DNA of 64,000 nt. Source: Dehalococcoides sp. JdFR-54. GTDB taxonomy: Bacteria; Chloroflexota; Dehalococcoidia; JdFR-54. Of the stretch, positions 57,423-64,000 are shown in pieces. Both the position numbers and the translations under genes were made by a program. The stretch is taken from assembly GCA_002011475.1 (NCBI GenBank), contig MTNP01000008.1, positions 4,037 through 68,036 of the forward strand, given 5' to 3'. The notes beneath the pieces were generated by a model, which ran no database searches, was not told the origin of the DNA, and saw nothing but the letters and a program-made list of their open reading frames with translations. Position 1 is the stretch's first letter, and each line of letters starts with the position of its first letter.

Positions 57423-58712
57423 ATGCACATGGAGTTCTTAGAAACAGAGATCGCCAAATACCAGAGGCGGATAGACAAGATCAAGGCCAACCCCGATCCC
57501 ACCAAGCTCAAGAGCAATCTGCAAATGTATGAGCTAGAACGGGACGAACGCATAGCAGAGCTGGAGGCCTGGAAACAGGGGAAACCCTTTGCCAGTGGGA
57601 TGTTCCCCCCCGTTTTGCTCAGATCTATGGGGTTCGAGATCTATGATGCCGAGATGGCCTGTGACCGGATGGAAAGATGGCAGGTCAAGAAATACCTTCA
57701 GCGGTGCCGAGAGCTGGGCTTCCCAGACCAGATCTGCGACCGCACCGTGCTCAAGATACCGATGGTGCTGGATGAGGACTTCCCCAATCTGAGCCTGGTG
57801 GTGGCCAACAACTGGGAATGCGAGAGTATCCCCCTCACCTTCCAGACCATAGCCCACCTGCGCGGTATCCCCTACTACTACTTGGACGTCCCCTTTGAGG
57901 CCAACGAGGAGACGCTTCAGTATGTGGTGGAGCAACTGCGGGAGCTCATCGACCTCGCCGAATCCACGGTGCCCGGCATCAAGTACGATGAAGACAAGCT
58001 CATCGAAGTTCAGAACATCGAGAAGCGCTGGTACGAGCTATATCAGGATATCCACAGACTCAAGCGGAGGGTCCCCTGCCCGGTTCCCGGACAGGAGGCC
58101 TTTAAGGAGCCTCGCTGGCCTTCCCTCTACCATGACCCGGCCCGGGCCTTGGAGGTATTCCGGATCTACCACGATGAGATAGTGGAAAGGGCAGAAAAGG
58201 GGATTTCCAATGTCCCCGAGGAGAAGCTGCGGCTAATGTGGGCGGTAAGCGGCCCCTTCTATGCCCGTCCTGACCCCTTTAGCATATTGGAGAAGCGGGG
58301 GGCGCAGGCCATCTACTTCCAGATCGGGAATGCCAGCCGGGTCGCCGGCATAAACTTCGGGATCTATGGCGATGAGACGGAATACGGGCGAAAGCTGTCA
58401 CCTTTGGAAGAGGAAGCCCGGATCCTTAATCAGTCCGCCTGGGGCGGCCTGGGGAGACGGTGGGTGGATGACATCCTGATAGCCTGTCGCGACCTCAAGC
58501 TCGATGGCATCGTCTACTTCCAGCAGTGGGGGTGCACGGTGACCGACAATCTGGCCAAGAACGTGGCCGAGGTTGCAGAACAGGAACTGGGCATCCCCAC
58601 CCTGATTATAGAGGGACGGCTGCTCATAGATGAGGCCTTCGACCCGCAAGAGATGGAGGACAAGCTAAACGGCTTTGTGGATATCTGCCTCGCTCGGAAG
58701 GGAATCGCCTGA
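57423..58712 (+). CDS. 2-hydroxyacyl-CoA dehydratase family subunit (HgdA/HadB/FldB-like).
   Basis: 429 aa; Cys ligands (NNWECES, QQWGCTVTDN) in the pattern of HgdA-type subunits. Confidence 0.75.
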   Translation: MHMEFLETEIAKYQRRIDKIKANPDPTKLKSNLQMYELERDERIAELEAWKQGKPFASGMFPPVLLRSMGFEIYDAEMACDRMERWQVKKYLQRCRELGFPDQICDRTVLKIPMVLDEDFPNLSLVVANNWECESIPLTFQTIAHLRGIPYYYLDVPFEANEETLQYVVEQLRELIDLAESTVPGIKYDEDKLIEVQNIEKRWYELYQDIHRLKRRVPCPVPGQEAFKEPRWPSLYHDPARALEVFRIYHDEIVERAEKGISNVPEEKLRLMWAVSGPFYARPDPFSILEKRGAQAIYFQIGNASRVAGINFGIYGDETEYGRKLSPLEEEARILNQSAWGGLGRRWVDDILIACRDLKLDGIVYFQQWGCTVTDNLAKNVAEVAEQELGIPTLIIEGRLLIDEAFDPQEMEDKLNGFVDICLARKGIA

Positions 58713-58815
58713 TCAGCCTTGACTCGCCCTTCCCCGGCGGTGAAGAGGAGCCTCGGCGTTCCGAGCCGCAGTGGCGGCCAAAGGAGGCGAGGCTCTTATT
58801 AAGGAAAGGAGAGGC

Positions 58816-60015
58816 ATGCTGGCACTAGAGGGCATACGAGTTATTGACCTGTCGCGGCTGGCCCCCGGGCCCTATGGCACCATGCTCCTGGGAGACCTGG
58901 GTGCCGATATTATCAAGGTGGAAAGGCCACCCCTGGAGGGCATGAAGCGGCTGACCTCGAAGCTGCCCTACTTGATAGAGGACTCCGACGATGAAAGAAC
59001 CATGGCCTTTCTGGCCACCAATCGCAATAAGCGAAGCATCATCCTCGACCTGAGGCAGGTGGAGGCCCGGGAGGTCTTCTACAAGCTGGTGGGCACAGCC
59101 GATGTCCTATTGGAGCAATTCCGGCCCGGGGTGGTGAGGCGGCTGGGTATAGACTACGATACCCTCAAAGGGATAAATCCCCGACTTATCTACTGCTCCC
59201 TCTCCGGCTATGGGCAAGACGGCCCCTATCGAGACCTGGTGGGGCACGACATAAACTACATTGCCATGGGCGGCTTTCAGGGCATGGTGGGCAACCGCCA
59301 GGGCCCGGCCATCCCCATGAACATCGTTGCCGACTATGCGGCGGGCGGGATGCATGTTGCCATCGGCATCCTGGCCGCCTTAATTGCCAGGGAAAAGACC
59401 GGCCGGGGGCAGTACCTAGACCTGGCCATGGTGGATGGTGTCGTTTCCCTCCTCGCCGCCGAGGTCTCCCGCTACCTGGTCACCGGCGTTGAGCCCAGGT
59501 GGCAAGAGTCAATGAACAATGGAGCTGTGCCCTGGTACAATATCTATGAGACCAAAGACCACAAATACATCAGCATCGGCTGTATAGAGCCCCACTTCTA
59601 TGAGCAATTGTGCCGTGTCCTGGGAAGGGAGGACCTCATCCCATATCAGGCTGCCACCGGCGAAAAACTCGAGGAGATTTTCTCCATCTTCAGGGAAATC
59701 TTCAAGACCAAGACCAGGGACGAATGGTTTGACATTATGCGCCAGGCGGATAATATCTGCGTGGGCAAGGTCTACTCCTTAGGGGAGATGCTGAATGACC
59801 CGCAGGTGCTTCACCGCCAGATGATTGTGGAGGTGGATCACCCCAAATTCGGCAAGATCAAGCAGGTCGGCATCTCCGTCAAGCTCTCGGACACGCCCGG
59901 CCAGATCAGGGGCACCGGCGCCTACCCCGGCGAGAATAGCGAGGAGATCTTGCGGGAACTGGGCTATTCCAAGGACGAGATTGGCACTCTGAAAGAAAAA
60001 GGAGCCGTGAGATAG
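58816..60015 (+). CDS. Family III (CaiB/BaiF) CoA-transferase, tandem copy 1.
   Basis: LEGIRVIDLSRLAPGPYGTMLLGDLGADIIKVERP; start at ATG 58816 after AGGAGAGG. Confidence 0.85.
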   Translation: MLALEGIRVIDLSRLAPGPYGTMLLGDLGADIIKVERPPLEGMKRLTSKLPYLIEDSDDERTMAFLATNRNKRSIILDLRQVEAREVFYKLVGTADVLLEQFRPGVVRRLGIDYDTLKGINPRLIYCSLSGYGQDGPYRDLVGHDINYIAMGGFQGMVGNRQGPAIPMNIVADYAAGGMHVAIGILAALIAREKTGRGQYLDLAMVDGVVSLLAAEVSRYLVTGVEPRWQESMNNGAVPWYNIYETKDHKYISIGCIEPHFYEQLCRVLGREDLIPYQAATGEKLEEIFSIFREIFKTKTRDEWFDIMRQADNICVGKVYSLGEMLNDPQVLHRQMIVEVDHPKFGKIKQVGISVKLSDTPGQIRGTGAYPGENSEEILRELGYSKDEIGTLKEKGAVR

Positions 60016-60057
60016 AGGCAGGGGGGAGACCCTGAGGGATCTTGTGGAGGGTAAAGC

Positions 60058-61272
60058 ATGCCGGAACAGGCCTTGAGCGATGTACGCATATTAGACCTGA
60101 CTCAGTACATTGCCGGCCCCTTTTGCACCAAGCTACTGGCCGACTTTGGGGCTGACGTAATCAAGATCGAGAGGCCAGATGGTGGCGACCCGGCCAGAAG
60201 GTTAAGGCCTTTCTTCAAGGACGAGGCCCATCAGGAAAAGAGCGGCCTATTCCTATACCTCAATATGAATAAGCGAGGCATAACCCTCAACTTGAAGAAT
60301 GCCCTGGGGGTGAAGATCTTCAAGGAGCTGGTGAGGCAGGCCGATGTGGTGGTGGAGAGCTTCAGGCCGGGGGTGATGGCTCGCCTGGGACTCGACTACG
60401 AAACCCTGGAGAAGCTCAACCCTAGGCTGGTCATGACCTCCATCTCCAACTTCGGGCAAACGGGCCCCTACCGCGATTACAAAAGCTCCGAACTCATCCT
60501 CTACGGAATGGGCGGCGAAATGTACAGCTCGGGCTTGCCTGACCGGGAACCGGTGAAAAACGCGGAGACTGTTTCCCTATACCAGGTTGGGGCTGCGGCT
60601 GCTACCGGCACTATGGGGGCACTGCTGGGCAGCCGACTGCAAGGGATAGGGCAGCACGTGGATATGAGTATGCAAGAAGCCCTCACCGCTGCCGCCCCGG
60701 ACAGGAAGAGCACCGTCATGATAGCCTATCAGTTCTGCGGGGAGATCCATCCCCGATTTCCTGGCTATGAGACGGGCTACCCCTATGGGGCTCATCCCAC
60801 CGCCGATGGCTATGTGGAGATATTCGGCGGACGGGCCTACTGGTCCAGGATAGTAAAGATGCTGGGGGAACCCGAGATCCTGAAGGATCCCAAGTGGCTA
60901 GAACCTACAGCCCAAGCCAATCCGGCCCTCAAGGAAGAATTCGAAGCCCTTTTCCTGGCCTGGTCTATGGAGCGCACCAAACGCCAGGTCATGGAGGAGG
61001 GCCAGGCGGCCAGGGCGCCGGTGGGCGCCATCTTGACCATCGACGAGGTGATTAACGACCCCCACTTCAACGAACGTGGGCTTTTCATCGAGGTCGACCA
61101 CCCGGTGGTGGGCAAATTGAAGTACCCTGGCCGGCCATTCATCATGTCCGAAACCCCCTTTCAAGCCAGAAGACCGGCCCCTCTCCTGGGTCAACACAAC
61201 GAAGAGGTCTATGGAGAACTGGGATACACGGGCGAGGAGATCGCCCGACTTCGAGAATGGGGAGTTATTTGA
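60058..61272 (+). CDS. Family III (CaiB/BaiF) CoA-transferase, tandem copy 2.
   Basis: VRILDLTQYIAGPFCTKLLADFGADVIKIERP; SD GGAGGG. Confidence 0.85.
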   Translation: MPEQALSDVRILDLTQYIAGPFCTKLLADFGADVIKIERPDGGDPARRLRPFFKDEAHQEKSGLFLYLNMNKRGITLNLKNALGVKIFKELVRQADVVVESFRPGVMARLGLDYETLEKLNPRLVMTSISNFGQTGPYRDYKSSELILYGMGGEMYSSGLPDREPVKNAETVSLYQVGAAAATGTMGALLGSRLQGIGQHVDMSMQEALTAAAPDRKSTVMIAYQFCGEIHPRFPGYETGYPYGAHPTADGYVEIFGGRAYWSRIVKMLGEPEILKDPKWLEPTAQANPALKEEFEALFLAWSMERTKRQVMEEGQAARAPVGAILTIDEVINDPHFNERGLFIEVDHPVVGKLKYPGRPFIMSETPFQARRPAPLLGQHNEEVYGELGYTGEEIARLREWGVI

Positions 61273-61300
61273 GGACAGGGTAACGGGGGAGGATTGCCAA

Positions 61301-62608
61301 ATGACCAAGCTACCTCTGGAGGGCATAAGGGTGGTGGAGCTGGGCGTGGCCTGGACTGGCCCCTGCGCCGCTATGATACTGGCCGACTTCGGGGCTGAGG
61401 TGATCAAGGTAGATACGGTTAACTTCTGGCAGACCCAGGGCCGCGGTATGGTGGCAAGACCCACCAAAGAGATGCTGGCCACTCAAACCCCCCACTCCGG
61501 CGGTTACCCCAACAAAGAGCCGGGCGAATACCCCTGGAATTGCTGGCCTGTATTCGTCACCGGGGGCAGAAACAAGCTCAGCATGAGCGTGCGCGACCTG
61601 AGAGAGCCGGAGGGCAGGGAGATATTTCTGAGGCTGATAAAGATAAGCGATATCTTCATCGAAAACAATCATCCCGATACCATGCCCAAGCTCAACCTTG
61701 ACTATGAGGTTCTTAAGGAAGTGAAACCAGACCTGATCATGGTTCGTTCATCTGCCACCGGTTTAAGCGGCCCTTATCGGGATTATCGAGCCCATGGAAG
61801 CCAGCTGGACGCCATTTGCAGCCATTCCTCGCTAAGGGGCTACCGCGATATGGACCCCTCGGCCAATACCCCGGTTTTCATCACCGACTATCTGGGGGCC
61901 TGCTTTTCGGCCCTGGCCGCCATGATGGCCCTGAACTACCGCCGGCGCACCGGGAGGGGACAGTTGATCGAGGTGGCTCAGGTGGAAACCGGCGCAGTCT
62001 GCCTTGGGGAAGCTATGATGGACCACTCCATGAATCAGAGAGTCCGCACCACCCAAGGCAACCGGGATATCCACGGTGCGGCGCCCTGTGGCTGCTACCG
62101 CTGTGCCGGAGAGGACCGCTGGGTCAACATCACCGTCACCTCGGATGAGGAATGGCAAGGCCTGTGCCGCGCCCTGGGCAACCCCCCCTGGACCCAGGAG
62201 GAGCGCTTCTCCGATGCCCGCAGCCGGTATGAAAACCAGGATGCCCTAGATCAATACATTGAGCAGTGGACAAGCCAGCGAGACCACTATGCGGTAATGC
62301 ACCTACTTCAAAAAGAAGGTGTGCCAGCAGGCCCAGTTATGGATGCCCGGGATACCTACAACGACCCCCACCTTAAGGAGCGGGGCTTCTTGGTGCCAGT
62401 CAGTCACCGGGACTGTGGTAACTACCTCCATCCTGGGGCTGCCTGGAAGCTTTCCAAAACCCCCATCACCATTCGCAGACCACCGGTCCGTTTTGGCGAG
62501 GATAACGAATACGTATACAAGCAGCTCCTCGGATTCTCAGACGAGGAATATGCCGAGTTGGAGAGGAAGGGGCATATCAGCGACGGGCCGGCGCCTCACA
62601 TTCCGTAA
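61301..62608 (+). CDS. Family III (CaiB/BaiF) CoA-transferase, tandem copy 3 (longer variant with insertion).
   Basis: LEGIRVVELGVAWTGPCAAMILADFGAEVIKVD; ATG 61301 after GGGGGAGG. Confidence 0.82.
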   Translation: MTKLPLEGIRVVELGVAWTGPCAAMILADFGAEVIKVDTVNFWQTQGRGMVARPTKEMLATQTPHSGGYPNKEPGEYPWNCWPVFVTGGRNKLSMSVRDLREPEGREIFLRLIKISDIFIENNHPDTMPKLNLDYEVLKEVKPDLIMVRSSATGLSGPYRDYRAHGSQLDAICSHSSLRGYRDMDPSANTPVFITDYLGACFSALAAMMALNYRRRTGRGQLIEVAQVETGAVCLGEAMMDHSMNQRVRTTQGNRDIHGAAPCGCYRCAGEDRWVNITVTSDEEWQGLCRALGNPPWTQEERFSDARSRYENQDALDQYIEQWTSQRDHYAVMHLLQKEGVPAGPVMDARDTYNDPHLKERGFLVPVSHRDCGNYLHPGAAWKLSKTPITIRRPPVRFGEDNEYVYKQLLGFSDEEYAELERKGHISDGPAPHIP

Positions 62609-62716
62609 CCAGCCCAGCGGCCCTTAGTCTATTTCCTCTATCTTGGGTTTTACTTGCTCTCTCAGGGGCAGGTAGGTGTCCTCGGGGTGGTGGGGCTCCA
62701 TAAGTTGCCCCACGCC

Positions 62717-63145
62717 CTAAGTTTCCTGCACCACTGTGGGCTTCACCCTTTCGCCTGTTGGCAGGTAGACATCCTCCGAGCTCACAGGCCTTAAGGGCTG
62801 TCCCACAATGTATAGATACCGCCAGGTGGTATCGCCGGTATTGGTATGCGGGCCATGAACTGCATTTGGCCTTACATAGATGCTATCGCCCGGCTCCACC
62901 TCATACTCTTTCCCCTCAACCCTATAAATACCCTTTCCCGCTAAAAAGTACATAACCTCATCACAGTTATGTACATGGGCCCCGATTTCCAGGCCTGGTT
63001 CTAGCTCGATCATGCCTAGCCTGAATTGTTGGATCCCTGTATTCTCGTGGTAAACCAGGCTCCTGGTCAGGTAGGAATCCCTGGCACCGGACTTGATAGG
63101 CATTCGTTCTACCTTGCCTTCTCCCCTTTTGATGTGAACCTTCAT
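62717..63145 (-). CDS. Cupin-2 domain protein.
   Basis: GAHVHNCDEVMYFLAGKG...VHGPHN cupin core. Confidence 0.6.
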   Translation of the reverse strand: MKVHIKRGEGKVERMPIKSGARDSYLTRSLVYHENTGIQQFRLGMIELEPGLEIGAHVHNCDEVMYFLAGKGIYRVEGKEYEVEPGDSIYVRPNAVHGPHTNTGDTTWRYLYIVGQPLRPVSSEDVYLPTGERVKPTVVQET

Positions 63146-63235
63146 GACCTCTTCGCCTCCGTCATGATCGATGCTCTTGTCGAGAAGCCCCGCCTGTAAG
63201 ATAAGGCCTGCGGGTTATTGTGTCAATGACCCTGG

Positions 63236-63264
63236 TTGACTGCCTTCTCGGCGTCCTGTACAAT
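63236..63264 (+). promoter_or_regulatory. Candidate sigma-70 promoter TTGACT-N17-TACAAT upstream of the AcnX-like gene.
   Basis: TTGACT 63236-63241; TACAAT 63259-63264; ~90-nt leader with AAGGAGG SD before the GTG at 63360. Confidence 0.4.
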
Positions 63265-63359
63265 CGGGTCGCCTCAGGTGTAGGGCTGGGACATGGGTGG
63301 CGCACTATATAGGGTGAAACCTCCGTTGCTATCCAGATCCCCAGTCAAAGGAGGTTGAT

Positions 63360-64000
63360 GTGAAGCTAACTCGTGATGAGCAAGATATGCTAGAGGGCAA
63401 AGAGGGACGGGCCAAGCAAAGGGCCATGGAACTCCTGGTACAGTATGGAGAAGCCCTCGGCGCAGAGCGCTTCGTAGACACGAACAATGTACACCTGCTC
63501 ATAGGGTTCTATCCCTATCCACAGATGGTCACACCCCGGGACAGCGACGAATTGATCTCCAAATTCCTCCTAGATACCGACGAGAGAATAGTTGTGGACC
63601 GTGTTAAGTCCTTCAACACCACCCACATCTGGGCCATAGACCTGGAACGTTGGCAGGTAATGGAAGCCTCTGAAAGCTTGCACGAACTGATGGAGGTCAT
63701 CAAGAAGTACTGCATCAGAACGGGCGTCAGCATCACCGCCACTTGCACGCCCTACCAGATAGGAAACGTCCCCACCAAGGGAGAACACTGTGCCTGGACG
63801 GAGTCCTCAGCGGTGCCCTTCTGCAACGCTGTGCTGGGGGCCCGCACCAATACCGAAGCGGCCCACAGTGCCTTCGCCATAGCCCTCACTGGCAAGGTGC
63901 CCCTTTCCGGATTCCATATAGACGAGAACCGCCTGGGCACCCACTTAATCGATGTCGAGCTTGATGTCAATGATGTGCTGGAATGGTATCTTTTAGGTTA
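63360..64000 (+). CDS. AcnX-type (DUF521) hydro-lyase catalytic subunit, 5' partial (runs off the window).
   Basis: VKLTRDEQDMLEGKEGRAKQRAMELLVQYGEALGAERFVDT... resembles the AcnX N-terminus (LTKEE..ML.G..G.A.QKAMELLV..G...GAE). The strong AAGGAGG SD precedes the GTG start; no stop before the window end. Confidence 0.6.
   Translation, partial: MKLTRDEQDMLEGKEGRAKQRAMELLVQYGEALGAERFVDTNNVHLLIGFYPYPQMVTPRDSDELISKFLLDTDERIVVDRVKSFNTTHIWAIDLERWQVMEASESLHELMEVIKKYCIRTGVSITATCTPYQIGNVPTKGEHCAWTESSAVPFCNAVLGARTNTEAAHSAFAIALTGKVPLSGFHIDENRLGTHLIDVELDVNDVLEWYLLG

Noticed and set aside
62640-62716. Degenerate direct repeat of the cupin gene 3' end (GGCAGGTAG..TCCTC...) just downstream of the cupin stop.
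   Set aside because: Short imperfect similarity. Probably a small duplication scar or chance; no functional inference possible.

Overview
This is a gene-dense 64 kb window of about 60% GC with frequent GTG/TTG starts and Thr/Val-rich lipoprotein linkers, consistent with an anaerobic bacterium. I see no rRNA, tRNA, CRISPR array or transposase/integrase genes. Almost the whole window reads as one metabolic neighbourhood for C4/C5-dicarboxylic acids, built from radical and B12 chemistry plus CoA-ester handling.

- **Flanking genes and first TRAP transporter:** a class I-beta DAHP synthase, then a TRAP transporter (dctPQM) under a near-consensus sigma-70 promoter.
- **Glycyl-radical enzyme locus:** a PFL2-type glycyl-radical enzyme whose reading frame is broken at a (GA)n tract, followed by its radical-SAM activase and a truncated QueG-like Fe-S protein. 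A second QueG-like paralogue lies upstream.
- **CoA-ester and C5-acid module:** a family-III CoA-transferase, an HMG-CoA-lyase-like lyase and a two-subunit class I fumarase/mesaconase-like hydro-lyase. These are followed by two SucCD-like acid-CoA ligase pairs flanking a CitE-like acyl-CoA lyase, with a small Cys-rich ORF inserted in the first pair.
- **B12 mutases and further CoA enzymes:** a split methylmalonyl-CoA-mutase-family enzyme, two AbfT/Cat1-type CoA-transferases, an unannotated 51-aa zinc-ribbon ORF and a double-hotdog MaoC hydratase.
- **Fumarate reductase:** a divergently transcribed soluble TfrAB-like thiol:fumarate-reductase-type flavoprotein with an FeS-CCG fusion subunit.
- **Glutamate-mutase-like island:** two tandem glutamate-mutase-like GlmS/GlmE pairs, then an MmgE/PrpD-family protein, a GlmL/MutL-type mutase chaperone, an acyl-CoA synthetase, two MFS transporters and a class-III aminotransferase.
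- **Low-GC insert:** a compositionally distinct segment carrying a dihydroxy-acid-dehydratase-family gene and a truncated ABC-ATPase remnant.
- **Downstream genes:** a LarA (nickel-pincer racemase) homologue behind a consensus promoter that predicts a leaderless mRNA, an SDR, and a second TRAP system.
- **2-hydroxyacyl-CoA dehydratase module:** a two-subunit dehydratase followed by three tandem family-III CoA-transferases, then a cupin.
- **Window end:** the start of an AcnX (DUF521) hydro-lyase.

The most interesting candidates for an undescribed system are the duplicated, diverged GlmSE-like B12 mutase module with its PrpD-family neighbour, and the way it is combined with the other modules into a mosaic glutamate / mesaconate / citramalate / 2-hydroxyglutarate-type pathway. 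No methylaspartase is present.
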